Assembly (NCBI GenBank): GCA_963820525.1
Contig: CAWGAA010000002.1
Location: 576,001-640,000 of the forward strand
Direction of reading: 5' to 3'
DNA: 64,000 bases
DNA from: an uncultured Spirochaetota bacterium
GTDB taxonomy: Bacteria > Spirochaetota > Spirochaetia > SZUA-6 > Fen-1364
This document shows, piece after piece, positions 20,408 to 31,870 of the stretch (within the stretch, counting starts at the first letter, position 1; each line of letters starts with the position of its first letter). Position numbers and translations under genes: made by a program. Below the pieces are notes generated by a model. It searched no databases and was not told the origin of the DNA. It saw only the letters and a program-made list of their open reading frames with translations.

Positions 20408-21730
20408 CTATTTCCACCGGAACAGCGACTCGAAGAAATTTCGGGGAGGTGCGATTCCGAAGAAGCTGGAGATGAGATCGGCCAGGGTTCTCCGAAGCAG
20501 CTGAAACGAGAAATACTTCCGGCCGAGGCTGAAGTTCTTCTCGACCATGCTCCGCCTCCGCTCGGCGTTTCCCAGCACCTCAGCCACCTGTTTGACTGTT
20601 GCATCGGTCACGAACCCGTCTATCGAGATCACGTCGAAGCCCTTGGGCTCGATATCGACTATATACACATCGTAGCGGTTCACCAGGAGAGGTCTCTTGT
20701 AGTATATGGCCTCCAGGAACGCGTTTCCGAAACCCTCGAAGAGGCTGGGGTAGGTGATGAGGTCCGCGTGGGGATACACATCCTCCAGGGAAAACTGCAT
20801 TTCTCCCTCCGCGGCGCGGCCGTTTTCCTCGTTGAGCCGCTCGCAGATGAAGTGGAGGGACACATCCTGAAGGGAGGCCCACTTCTTCACCCATTCAGCG
20901 TACGCGATGCCCTCGTCGTCGAGTGAATGTGAAACGAGCAGCCGGACGTTGGGCATGTCCAGAGCCTGAGCGAGGGTGATGGCCTGCTCGATTCCCTTGC
21001 GGGAGACCACCCTGGTGGGCTGGAGAATCAGGATATCGTCGGGCTGGAGCCCCATCTGGAGGCGGAACTGCCGGCCGGAGATGCGCAGAGGAGCGGGCTT
21101 TTTCTCGAAATCCATGACGTTGAAGATGAGGCTCGCCGAGATGCTCTTGCGCGCCGCGAGCTGGGCCTGTGCCACGGAGCTGATGACAACGTGCTTGATG
21201 GAAGGAAGGCTCGGGGGGAACGCCATGTTGAGGATTTCCTGGCAGGCATTGGTGAGGTAGCGCGATCTCTCCCAGAAGAAATCGTGGTGATGGGCGATGG
21301 TCGGGATGCCGGTCTCCGCGATAAGCTCGGTAACCGCCATTCCCAGCGGCAGGTTCATGGGGATGGAGATTGCGTTCTCCGGGATGATCAGGTCTATGTC
21401 GAAGCGGTCGATAAACTCGTACAACCTGTCTTTGAGCAGCTCCTTCTGCCTGTGCAGGGCTTCCGTCAGGAGCCTGCTCCTCTTCTGGGTGCTGAAGAGG
21501 GTCTTGTTCAGCTCAGCCGTGGCGGGATGACCGAAGAACGCTTCGGGCACAAGCATGCTTGAATCGGGGTTGCGGTCCAATTCCCCCGCGAACCAGAAAC
21601 ACTTGTGGTGGAACTCTTCCAGCACGCTCGCCCATTTGCTCGACTCCAGGGAGACCCCGTCGAGGCCTCGAAAACGAGTGGAGATGAAGCCGATGTTGAG
21701 CGAGCGATCCCGCTTCGTGGAATCAGTCAT
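20408..21730 (-). CDS. GT4 glycosyltransferase, mannosylglucosylglycerate synthase (MggS)-like
   Basis: STRFRGLDGVSLESSKW, HHHDFFWER, QPTRVVSRKGIE, YPSLFEGFGNAFLEA. Confidence 0.8.
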   Translation of the reverse strand: MTDSTKRDRSLNIGFISTRFRGLDGVSLESSKWASVLEEFHHKCFWFAGELDRNPDSSMLVPEAFFGHPATAELNKTLFSTQKRSRLLTEALHRQKELLKDRLYEFIDRFDIDLIIPENAISIPMNLPLGMAVTELIAETGIPTIAHHHDFFWERSRYLTNACQEILNMAFPPSLPSIKHVVISSVAQAQLAARKSISASLIFNVMDFEKKPAPLRISGRQFRLQMGLQPDDILILQPTRVVSRKGIEQAITLAQALDMPNVRLLVSHSLDDEGIAYAEWVKKWASLQDVSLHFICERLNEENGRAAEGEMQFSLEDVYPHADLITYPSLFEGFGNAFLEAIYYKRPLLVNRYDVYIVDIEPKGFDVISIDGFVTDATVKQVAEVLGNAERRRSMVEKNFSLGRKYFSFQLLRRTLADLISSFFGIAPPRNFFESLFRWK

Positions 21731-23249
21731 ACAGAAACCTCATGTGCTCTCTGGTGGCAAAGCTGTTTCTCACCGCGAGCTGGATGGCCGCCGGGTCGGC
21801 AGCGACCGAGGTGTGGCCTGGTTGTCTGAACGAGTCCAGCAGCCGGTGGAGCCGCTGGGTATAGGCAGCCGGACCGAAGAGGCCATCCACCTTCATCGTC
21901 TGCGGCCGAGGCATGTCCAGGAGCAGATCGTCGATATGCTCGATTATACTCCGGTTTGCCTTGCGAACGGCCTCTCTCCAGTCCTGCGAGTCCACTGCGC
22001 GCTCCAGCAGGACTCGCTGGAGCTGAGGATCGAGATAGGAGAAATCCACGAGGCTTTTCGCAAGCATCTCGCTGAGATCCGCCTGGAGCTTCAGCAAGAG
22101 AGGCTTGGGCAGGAGCGCCTCCAGAGATGCCATCTTGGCGGCGTAGCGCTCCCTGAGGCGAGCCCGCTCCGCGGCCTCCAGGGGTACGAGCAGGGCTGAA
22201 TAAAAGCGGGCGGGGTAGCCTTCCAGCATGTCGTCAAACCCCTCCATCGTATCCAGGCGGCGGGCGAGCAGAGGCAGTCCCCACTGGAGGGACTGAACAA
22301 AGAGGTACCCGAAGCCCTCTTGGATGGAGCTGCTCACGATGAGATCGGAGGCCTGCGCCAGGGTTTCCAGGCCGATCTCGGGCCGCCGCTCGCCGATGCC
22401 AAGCTCTCCGGGAACCAGCCCTGATGCGAAGCAGCCTCCGGCAAGGTTGCTGTATTCCCTCTCTGCGGCGGATACCCCGGGAAGAGTGACCAGCAGGCGC
22501 GCGGGCCGGCTCATAAGGAGCGTCAACAAGCCGGCCTCCAAAACATTCTTCCGCCTTATCGCCCGCACAGGGTACAGGAGCGTGAGGAGCTCTGGATCGT
22601 CGGCAGGAAAAAGGCGAGCGCGAAGCTCGCGCCTGCCCTCGCGCGGCGCCTCGCTGGGCTGCAGGCGGGGAACCGGATTTCCAAGGACTTGGAGGTATTC
22701 CGCGGGCAGGCCGGAATCTCTCAAGATCCGCCAATCCCGAGGATTGAGAAGCGCGTATCGGATGCGGGGCCCCGCGGGATACAGAGGGAGAGTGACGAAG
22801 TTATCCAATCCCGCGAGGTTCTCGAACCTGCCGGCTTCGGGAAAATCATGGGGCTGGAGAATCATCCGCGGCGCATTGCCGGAAGCGGCGACGTGGAGGA
22901 CCGCCTCCGTGAATAGGGGATTCTTTCCGAGATGGTAGTTGTGAATCCACCAGATGGACGAGTCCGAGGCAAAGCGAGCGAGGAGCATCTCCGCCAGTCC
23001 CCGGGCCTTCTCTCGAAGGCTCGAGGGGCTCTCCGTCGACCCGCCGGCGTAGTCGAGCTGGGAGATCGTGTGGATTTCCAGGCGCCCGTCATCGATTCCC
23101 AGGGCCGGCTCCGGGTCCCTGCCCGTCACCAGGTGGATCCGCGAGACGCCGCCGGGATGATCCAGGAGGGCGTGAATTGCGTGCCGTATGACGGTGCTCA
23201 CCCCTCCCCGGGAAAGGTGATAGTGAAAAATAAAAAGCTCGCTGGACAA
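21723..23249 (-). CDS. GT4-like glycosyltransferase
   Basis: FHYHLSRGGV, HNYHLGKN, HDFPE, YPVRAIRRKN, EGFGY; TTG start at 23249. Confidence 0.78.
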   Translation of the reverse strand: MSSELFIFHYHLSRGGVSTVIRHAIHALLDHPGGVSRIHLVTGRDPEPALGIDDGRLEIHTISQLDYAGGSTESPSSLREKARGLAEMLLARFASDSSIWWIHNYHLGKNPLFTEAVLHVAASGNAPRMILQPHDFPEAGRFENLAGLDNFVTLPLYPAGPRIRYALLNPRDWRILRDSGLPAEYLQVLGNPVPRLQPSEAPREGRRELRARLFPADDPELLTLLYPVRAIRRKNVLEAGLLTLLMSRPARLLVTLPGVSAAEREYSNLAGGCFASGLVPGELGIGERRPEIGLETLAQASDLIVSSSIQEGFGYLFVQSLQWGLPLLARRLDTMEGFDDMLEGYPARFYSALLVPLEAAERARLRERYAAKMASLEALLPKPLLLKLQADLSEMLAKSLVDFSYLDPQLQRVLLERAVDSQDWREAVRKANRSIIEHIDDLLLDMPRPQTMKVDGLFGPAAYTQRLHRLLDSFRQPGHTSVAADPAAIQLAVRNSFATREHMRFLYD

Positions 23250-23268
23250 CTCCCGCGCTCCTGAGCTC

Positions 23269-24249
23269 CTACCCGCCGCTGGGGTGAAACTTCTTCCGAT
23301 ACTCCTCCACCTCCACCATGGGCGGGCGCTCCAGGGAAACGATCTCGGTTTCCTGCACTTCGGGGCGCTCATCCGCCATCAGCACGGACAGGTGGTGCTT
23401 GCCCGTTTCCTTGCTGACCTTCGCCTCTCCGTATCGGTCGAGCCTCTGCAGAAATGTGTCGAGGATTCCGAAGGCCATCTTTCCCAGCGCCTGCACCGGC
23501 TGGTTTCTGTGAATGCGGCTGTCCAGGTTCACCTGGGAGAGCGCCTTTGCCCCGTAGCGGTGGTAGATGTCGATGAGATGCCCCACCTCGACGCCGTATC
23601 CGACCGAGAAGGGAATCTGTTCCAGGAGCGCCCTTCTGCCGGCATACTCCCCGCTCAGGGGCTGGATGAAGTACGCAAGCTCGGGATAGAAGAGCGAAAA
23701 AAGCGGCCGGACCAGGATCTCCGTTACACGCCCCCCTCCCGAGGGGATAAGCAAGCCGGGAGCCCGAAACGGGCGCTCGTAGAAAGCCTTCACGTAGGAG
23801 ATCTCGGGGCGGTTGAGGAGCGGCCCCAAAAGGCCATAGACGAATTTCGGCGCGATGTTGCTGATATCCGCGTCTATCCAGACGATGATGTCGCCGGAGA
23901 GCACGTAGAGGCTTTTCCACAGGTTCTCTCCCTTGCCTCGATACGAGCCGTATTTCTTCAAGATGTCCCTGGAGGAAAAGAAGCGGGCCCCGAGGCTCTC
24001 GGCGATTTCCCGCGTCCTGTCGGTGGAGCCCGAATCTATCACGGCGATCTCGTCCAGGAGCGGGAACCGTTCCATGAGCTCGGTCTTGAGGATGAGAACT
24101 TCCTTGCCGATGGTTGCCTCTTCGTTCAGGGTGGGGAAGGCGAGGGAGATTTTGATCCCCTGGCGCTGTTTCATGTCGACGAGCCCGGCCTTGTCCTTGA
24201 ACTCGCCGTGGCGGAAGGTGTTTGCAAGAATGAGACTGTCCGGCTTCAT
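23269..24249 (-). CDS. gpgS: Glucosyl-3-phosphoglycerate synthase
   Basis: PTLNEEATIG, VIDSGSTD, GKGENLWKSL, DADI, GGRVTE, QPLSGEYAGRR, GYGVE. Confidence 0.87.
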   Translation of the reverse strand: MKPDSLILANTFRHGEFKDKAGLVDMKQRQGIKISLAFPTLNEEATIGKEVLILKTELMERFPLLDEIAVIDSGSTDRTREIAESLGARFFSSRDILKKYGSYRGKGENLWKSLYVLSGDIIVWIDADISNIAPKFVYGLLGPLLNRPEISYVKAFYERPFRAPGLLIPSGGGRVTEILVRPLFSLFYPELAYFIQPLSGEYAGRRALLEQIPFSVGYGVEVGHLIDIYHRYGAKALSQVNLDSRIHRNQPVQALGKMAFGILDTFLQRLDRYGEAKVSKETGKHHLSVLMADERPEVQETEIVSLERPPMVEVEEYRKKFHPSGG

Positions 24250-25469
24250 CCCTCGGGCTCCCTGCCGGCCCTGGTGCTCTCTTCCAGGAATTGGAGAATC
24301 TGGCGGAAGCCGGTCTCCACGGGACGGATGTCGATGTACTCCCCCTGGAAGCCTCTCTTGCCCGTGGTCACGCCCAGGGAAATGGCGGGGACGGCAAGGG
24401 ATTTTATGAAGGCGGAGTGATCGGGAATCGATGTCGGCACGGGACGGATTTTCAGCTTTTCGTGCACGCCGCGAAGGATCTCGTTCAGCCGGGAGTTGAT
24501 GTCGGTGTCGCCCGCGGGGAAGAAGGCCTTCACGGCGAGGTCCACCCCGGCTCCCGTCTCTGTGGAGATGTCGCCGATCGTGGCGGTGACTGCGTTCTTC
24601 GCAACCTCGAGCGCGTTTCTGTCCGAAGAGAAGATCTCGAGCTCCAGCGCGCCTTCCGCGGGATGCCAGCCGAAGCCGACGCCGGCTTCGATTCGGGCGA
24701 TGTTGAGGAAGGTGGCGTTTTCGCTGTCCCACCGGATGCCGCCCAGACGGAAGGCGATATCGGCCAGCACGGAAATGGCCGAGACAGCGGGCCCTCCGAA
24801 CGCCACCTCCCTCTCCGGCGTTCGAACGCTTACGGACAGCTTGTACGTCCCCATGGGCCGCATCTCCGTTCGTCCTACTACGATTCCCCGGACATACGCG
24901 GCGAAGCGCAGCCGTGCCTTCCAGTCCTGGATGAAGCGCTCCAGGGGCTGGGTCTCTCGCGCGCCTGGATCGAAGGAGCTCCAGAGGAGGAGCACATTCA
25001 TGTCGTAGTGAATCGCGTTCCTGGCCAGGTACTCGCCAAGGACCATGAGGGCGGCGACGCCGATGGAGTTCTCGGCGATCCCTTTTGCGTACACGCGGTT
25101 TTCCTCCAGCCTGGCGATGCAGTCTATGGGAGAATAGTCATCGCTTGCGATATCCGCGAAGAGCAGGGCGCAGTCATCGGAGCCGGTGGCGGAAGGGATG
25201 AGCACGCTCACGTTGCCGATGTCGTCGACGGACGGCTCCGGGTAGCCGAAATCGAGCAGCCGCTCCACGATGAAACCGGTCCGCCTGGCTTCGCCGGGCG
25301 TCGGAGAGGGAAGCTCGTTGAAGAGGATGGCGTCCGAGACGATCCGATTTACATAGGGGGCGATCGATGCCTTGTCCGAAGGGATCGCCCGGCGCCGGGC
25401 CGCCCCGCGGATCAATCTACGCGCTGCTGAGAAGAGGTTTTTGAAGCCCTGTCGAAAAGAGCCTCTCAT
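24246..25469 (-). CDS. M20/M28 peptidase-fold protein with degenerate metal ligands
   Basis: SPTPGEARR, DDIGNV, GIAENSIGVAAL, FLNIARIEAG, AISLGV; the usual AHLD and EE ligands are missing. Confidence 0.7.
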   Translation of the reverse strand: MRGSFRQGFKNLFSAARRLIRGAARRRAIPSDKASIAPYVNRIVSDAILFNELPSPTPGEARRTGFIVERLLDFGYPEPSVDDIGNVSVLIPSATGSDDCALLFADIASDDYSPIDCIARLEENRVYAKGIAENSIGVAALMVLGEYLARNAIHYDMNVLLLWSSFDPGARETQPLERFIQDWKARLRFAAYVRGIVVGRTEMRPMGTYKLSVSVRTPEREVAFGGPAVSAISVLADIAFRLGGIRWDSENATFLNIARIEAGVGFGWHPAEGALELEIFSSDRNALEVAKNAVTATIGDISTETGAGVDLAVKAFFPAGDTDINSRLNEILRGVHEKLKIRPVPTSIPDHSAFIKSLAVPAISLGVTTGKRGFQGEYIDIRPVETGFRQILQFLEESTRAGREPEG

Positions 25470-25540
25470 GCTTCACCCGTCTTCATACTACCGCTGGATC
25501 GCGGGCGGTTCAAGGAAAGGGCGTCGGGGGATCACGTGGC

Positions 25541-26728
25541 TCAGGCCGCCGCCCTGCGCGGGTTTTCACGGAAGAGCCAGTTTCGAAGGACGATCGGAGT
25601 CACGACCGTGGTGACGAGACTCATGATGATGATGCTGACATAGATATCCTGCTGGATCAGCCCGCCGTCCAGCCCGATGAGGGCCACGATCATCGCCACC
25701 TCCCCTCGGGGAGCCATGCCGAAGCCGATGATGGCCGCATCCTTGAAGCCGCTCTTGAAGACAAGGGCTGCGCCTCCGCACCCGATGAACTTTGAAACGA
25801 AGGAAACGAGTATCAGCACCAAGACGAAGAGGAGAATCTGGAGGTTGAGGGCCCGCACGTCGGCCAGGATCCCCAGGGAGATGAAAAAAATGGATGCGAA
25901 GATAATCTGAAGGAACTCGGCGCCTTCCTTCATGTCCTTGCTGTTCTTGAGCTTCAGCCCTCCCAGGGAAGCTCCGGCAAGGAAGGATCCTACGATGGCC
26001 GACAGGCCCGCAAGCTCCGCCGCCATGCCGTAGAGGAACGCCAGCATCATGGCGAAGATGAAGGTGAACTCGGGATATTTCCCCGTGAAAGCGGTGGAGT
26101 CGATCGCGACAACGAGCCTTCGAAGAAGGAAGTGCCCCAAGAGGCCGCCGACGGCAAGGAAGAGGAGCGCTTTGGCGAAAACAGCTGCCAGAGACAGGGC
26201 GGAGAGAGACCCGGAGACCAGGCCATTGCCGACGGCAAGGGCCAGGAGGCCCAACACGTCGTCTATCACCGCCGCGCCGATGATTGCCCTGGCCGCCGGG
26301 GTCTGGAGCCTGCCCATCTCGCGCAGAACGTTCGCCGTGATGGCGATGCTGGTGGCCGTGAGGGCCGTGGCGATGAACACGGAGCTTGCAAAGGGAAAAT
26401 GGAACAGGACCGAGGTGAAATAGCCCATGATCCAGGGAAAAACCACTCCGCCGAGGGCGATCACCAGGTACTTCGGCTTCGCTATGTCTTCAACCCGGAA
26501 CTCCAGGCCCACCACGAAAAGCAGGATCACTGCGCCGAGGTGGGCGATGCTGGAGACGAAGTCCGTATATGTGATGAGGCCCAGGACGCTGGGCCCGACT
26601 AAAAGCCCGACCAGGATCTCTCCGATGACTGCGGACTGGTTGATGCGGGAGGCGAGCAGGTAGCCCGCAAGGGCGATGAAGAGCAGGAAGGACATCTGGA
26701 ACTCGATCAGGTGAAAGATTTCTGCCAT
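25541..26728 (-). CDS. Cation:proton antiporter (CPA2 family)
   Basis: GEILVGLLVGP, LLFVVGLE, ATSIAIT, AAVIDD, APRGEVA. Confidence 0.92.
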   Translation of the reverse strand: MAEIFHLIEFQMSFLLFIALAGYLLASRINQSAVIGEILVGLLVGPSVLGLITYTDFVSSIAHLGAVILLFVVGLEFRVEDIAKPKYLVIALGGVVFPWIMGYFTSVLFHFPFASSVFIATALTATSIAITANVLREMGRLQTPAARAIIGAAVIDDVLGLLALAVGNGLVSGSLSALSLAAVFAKALLFLAVGGLLGHFLLRRLVVAIDSTAFTGKYPEFTFIFAMMLAFLYGMAAELAGLSAIVGSFLAGASLGGLKLKNSKDMKEGAEFLQIIFASIFFISLGILADVRALNLQILLFVLVLILVSFVSKFIGCGGAALVFKSGFKDAAIIGFGMAPRGEVAMIVALIGLDGGLIQQDIYVSIIIMSLVTTVVTPIVLRNWLFRENPRRAAA

Positions 26729-26837
26729 GGTGTCGATCCCCCCTTTCCATACTATAGCGGAGAGGCGGCCGAAAGAGGAAGCACTTGACTCCGCCCGGAG
26801 CCGGCCCTACCATTGGAGAGGGTGAGGAGGTAGTCCT

Positions 26838-27050
26838 ATGCCCGAGACCACGTCTGGCAAGTACGTCAAAAGCGAGAAGCTCCAAGAGGCCCGGGAGCAC
26901 GTGAAGGCCGCCGGCAGCTCCATGCGCAAGGGACTCCAGGAGATGTTCCCCAAGGGGTTCGTCGAACACCGCCAGGCAGCCCGCAAGGAGATGCTGCTCG
27001 CCATGCGCAGCCTCCTGGACGCGGCGATCGAGCGGCTGGAGAAGCGCTCG

Positions 27051-27065
<15 letters not shown>
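26838..27065 (+). CDS. Small helical hypothetical protein
   Basis: GAGGAGG RBS; TTGACT-17-TACCAT promoter at 26785-26813; amphipathic helices. Confidence 0.75.
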
Positions 27066-28706
<1,641 letters not shown>

Positions 28707-28743
28707 GGAGAGAGTATACTCTCTCTCCCAGCGAGGTGGGAAG

Positions 28744-29367
28744 TTACGAGGTCTTGCCGTCCGCGTCAAACGAGACGATCGACGCCGTCACACCGCCGTT
28801 CGCATCGGGCAGGCCGCGAACCGTCACGTGCATCCCGCTCTTGAGATCGGCGGGGCGGACCGTCAGGATGCGGTGGATGTCGACGCCGGGCGGCACCTGG
28901 ATCGTGGCGTTCACGTCCTCGTAGCTCATGGTGATGGTTCGTCCATCGACCATCTGGGCAGTGGCGTTCGTAACCACGGCGTTGGTCATGACCTCGCCGG
29001 ATTCCATCGGCCATTGGCCTTTTCGGACCTTCGACCAGAGCTCGGGGGAGAAAACGTTGATGGACGTGGCCGTGAGCGAGCCGTCCGGTCCCCTCCGCGC
29101 CGCCACTCCCATGGGCATCCCCGGCTTGAGGTCTTCCATGGTCGCGGTCTGGCGGTCTAGAATCAGAGTATCGCCGGCGATGGTGACGAGCTTGCCTCCA
29201 CCGGAGGTCGAGCTCACGCTGAAGCTGGTGGACCCGACCATCGTGATCGTCCCGTCGAGCGAGACTGGCTGGGCGGCGGGGGCGGCGCCCACACCGGCGG
29301 CTACAAAGAATGCAAGAGAACCTAGAAGAGCGAAGACCGGTCTTCCCGGCCGAATTGTGCGACTCAT
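28744..29367 (-). CDS. Secreted hypothetical protein with two OB-like repeats (DUF5666-like)
   Basis: Signal peptide; repeated DLKPGM/DLKSGM...G..TA motif. Confidence 0.7.
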   Translation of the reverse strand: MSRTIRPGRPVFALLGSLAFFVAAGVGAAPAAQPVSLDGTITMVGSTSFSVSSTSGGGKLVTIAGDTLILDRQTATMEDLKPGMPMGVAARRGPDGSLTATSINVFSPELWSKVRKGQWPMESGEVMTNAVVTNATAQMVDGRTITMSYEDVNATIQVPPGVDIHRILTVRPADLKSGMHVTVRGLPDANGGVTASIVSFDADGKTS

Positions 29368-29493
29368 GGTGGAAAGGTAATGATGAAGAAACGCGGCGGA
29401 CAACTGGATTGTGCCGTCTGCGCGGGCGCCGCTCAAAGGCCGCCCACGCCAGCCCCGATCAAGGGCTGCCCTTTCCAGTGCAGCCGCGCCGCC

Positions 29494-31320
29494 TCAAGTC
29501 CAGAGCGCGATGCTCCGGGGCTGAACGACCACGCCGCTGGAATCACGCCGGGCGCGCTCAATGAGGGCCGCTCCGGTGAGCTTCCAGGAGGCTGCGTCTT
29601 TTGCGCCGATACGGGCAGGGCACGATCTCACGTTAATGATGCCGCGAATCTCACCGTCGCGGGAGAAGCAGCGCCACATGTCCTTGCCGATCATGACTGC
29701 CCCAAACTGCCGCCCCGCCAGCCTCTTGTACAGCGAGAGAGTCCACGCCGTCAGCTCCGCTTCGCCCGGCCCCCCGAAGCTGCCCGTGTCGTCCGAGATC
29801 AAGATTTGGGAGGAGAACATCGCCGCCACCGCCGCGATCAGCTCTTTTTCGTTTAAGGTCAGAGAGCATTTGTTCGATCGCATGAAAACGACATCGGGGT
29901 CCGAGAGGTACAGGGAGCGGTTCATGAACGAGCGGCCCAGCGTGTCCTTGAGATTGAGGTAGGCCGCGGGCCTCCCGGGATGACCGGTAAGGCGGGCCAC
30001 GGGAGGGTCCCAGGTCTCCTTGGTATCGGCACCGATGCGCATCAGGGGGAAAAGGTCGATGGAGCTTGCCAGCGGAGCGCCGCAGCCGAGAAACGCGACG
30101 GGCTGGCCGGATCGGGAGCGCTCCCGGGAAACAATTGGCTCGAGCGCTTCGCGATACCAGGCGTATGCGGAACCTCCCGATGCGTGAGCACCGTTCAACA
30201 TGCCGGCGTACAGGAAGTCGAGCTTGAGGTAGCGGAATCCCCAGTCGTCGATAACGGCGTCGAAGAGTTCCCTCAAGTATTTTCTCACCTCTTCCAGCGA
30301 GAGGTCGAGGCAGAAGAAGTTTCCCTCCCACCCCGGATTCCATCCCGCCAGGGCGGGCTTGCCGTCCGCCCCTTTGAGGAGCCATTGGGGCTTTTCGCTA
30401 TAAATACGAGCCCCAGGAGAGACCAGGAATGGAGCAAGCCATAAGCCGGGCACATAGCCTTTGCGGAAGATGCTTTCCGCCAGCGCCTTCATACCGGAGG
30501 GAAAGCGCTCAGGTTTGGCCTGCCAGTCTCCCACCGCGCGCTGCCAGCCGTCGTCCACCTGGAAAACCACGGGCCTTCCCTGGTTCTGGAATTGCTCGCG
30601 GATGAGGTTGGGGCTTCCGCCGATGCCCTCGAGATCTTCACGAATGATCGTCTCGTCGATGTGAGTGTAGTGGTTGTACCAGGAGCACCACCCCCCGACC
30701 AGTCCGTCAGCCGACCCTGCGAGGAATGCTGCCCGCGTCATGACATTCTTGTCGAGAAAGAGAGCGGCGACGGCATCCTGAAACTCGAAACAGCCGTTTC
30801 GAGAAACGAGAGCGATCTCGGCGAGGACCTCACCATCATGATACATTGCTCCCTTGCAGTGGAGCTCGATGGAGATGGAGCGCCGGCCGCGGTCGATGCG
30901 GAAACAGACGGGAGCGGTCTTTGTGTTCAAGGAAACAAGCCCGACGTACGTCTCCCCGGCGCGGACATAGGCGATGCCGTTTCCCGAGAGCTCCCGGCGA
31001 GGGGGCCGGGGGACATCGGGAAGGGTGTAGATCTCCAGCCTCTTCATGAGCCTTGCCCGTGGGGCCCGCTCGCGCCTGCCCAGCTCCCAACCCGGAGACC
31101 AGGACTGAAAGCCGTTTGCGAACCAGAAAGCCCGCCTTCGATCGAGAAGGCTGCTGCGCGGCTCGCCGCCCAAGCGAAGGAGGTCGAAAAGGCCCTCGAA
31201 GCTGAGCCGGTCTATGATCCGCGGGGCAGGTTCGGATGCCCCGGCCGCGCCCCTTTGGCGGTAGGTAAGCTTGAGAATACCCGGCTGTGACTCCATCATT
31301 TCCCTGGCGGCGTCTTTCAT
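29494..31320 (-). CDS. Alpha-galactosidase (GH36)
   Basis: GWCSWY, FQVDDGWQ, GLWLAPF, YLKLDFLY, LGCGAP, MRIGAD, DPDV. Confidence 0.88.
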   Translation of the reverse strand: MKDAAREMMESQPGILKLTYRQRGAAGASEPAPRIIDRLSFEGLFDLLRLGGEPRSSLLDRRRAFWFANGFQSWSPGWELGRRERAPRARLMKRLEIYTLPDVPRPPRRELSGNGIAYVRAGETYVGLVSLNTKTAPVCFRIDRGRRSISIELHCKGAMYHDGEVLAEIALVSRNGCFEFQDAVAALFLDKNVMTRAAFLAGSADGLVGGWCSWYNHYTHIDETIIREDLEGIGGSPNLIREQFQNQGRPVVFQVDDGWQRAVGDWQAKPERFPSGMKALAESIFRKGYVPGLWLAPFLVSPGARIYSEKPQWLLKGADGKPALAGWNPGWEGNFFCLDLSLEEVRKYLRELFDAVIDDWGFRYLKLDFLYAGMLNGAHASGGSAYAWYREALEPIVSRERSRSGQPVAFLGCGAPLASSIDLFPLMRIGADTKETWDPPVARLTGHPGRPAAYLNLKDTLGRSFMNRSLYLSDPDVVFMRSNKCSLTLNEKELIAAVAAMFSSQILISDDTGSFGGPGEAELTAWTLSLYKRLAGRQFGAVMIGKDMWRCFSRDGEIRGIINVRSCPARIGAKDAASWKLTGAALIERARRDSSGVVVQPRSIALWT

Positions 31321-31402
31321 TGCGACTCCTTTGCATATTTTGAAACGACCGTGAAAAGGCCGTGAGCTCGCCCTATCTTACCGCAAAAGTTTCCGTTCGG
31401 TA

Positions 31403-31456
31403 TTGACAAATTTGAAAAGTTGTACTAAAACACTATTGTACTAATAGACCAATACA
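31403..31456 (+). promoter_or_regulatory. Promoter with YtrA/GntR-type operator
   Basis: TTGACA at 31403; TGTACTAA repeated at 31421 and 31437; imperfect TTGTA...TACAA inverted repeat. Confidence 0.65.
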
Positions 31457-31462
31457 AGTACT

Positions 31463-31870
31463 ATGGAAAAGCGAAAAAAAGAACTGCTGAAGTTTACCCT
31501 CGACCCGAAAAGCGGCGTCCCCTTTTACAAGCAGATAATTCTTCAAATCGAGATGGCAATCGCGGACGGACGGCTGATATCGGGAGACCGTCTGCCGACG
31601 GTGCGAAGTCTTGCCGTAGAGCTCCAGGTGAACCCGAACACGGTTGCCCGCGCCTATAGCGAGCTGGAGATCCGCCAGATCCTTGCCACCCAGCAGGGCG
31701 CGGGGACTTTCATCGGGAACCGCAAGGTGGAGATCTCCGACGTCGAGCGCGAGCGGGTCCTCGCCGAGCTCGCGCGTGAGTTCGTCTCCAAAGTGGCATC
31801 GTACGGCTTTTCAGTTGCGGAGATCGCCAGGTATCTGAATGAGCAGGGAGAACAGGAGGAAGAAAAATGA
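31463..31870 (+). CDS. GntR-family (YtrA subfamily) regulator
   Basis: PFYKQI, GDRLPTVRSLA..LQVNPNTVARAY, GTFI; short C-terminus. Confidence 0.92.
   Translation: MEKRKKELLKFTLDPKSGVPFYKQIILQIEMAIADGRLISGDRLPTVRSLAVELQVNPNTVARAYSELEIRQILATQQGAGTFIGNRKVEISDVERERVLAELAREFVSKVASYGFSVAEIARYLNEQGEQEEEK

Noticed and set aside
24250..24732. N-terminal extensions of computed ORFs (gpgS to 24732; also 23372, 45330, 47631, 12050, 62335)
   Set aside because: They overlap upstream genes and have low-complexity Arg-rich sequence; internal starts with an RBS or coupled stop-start fit better.
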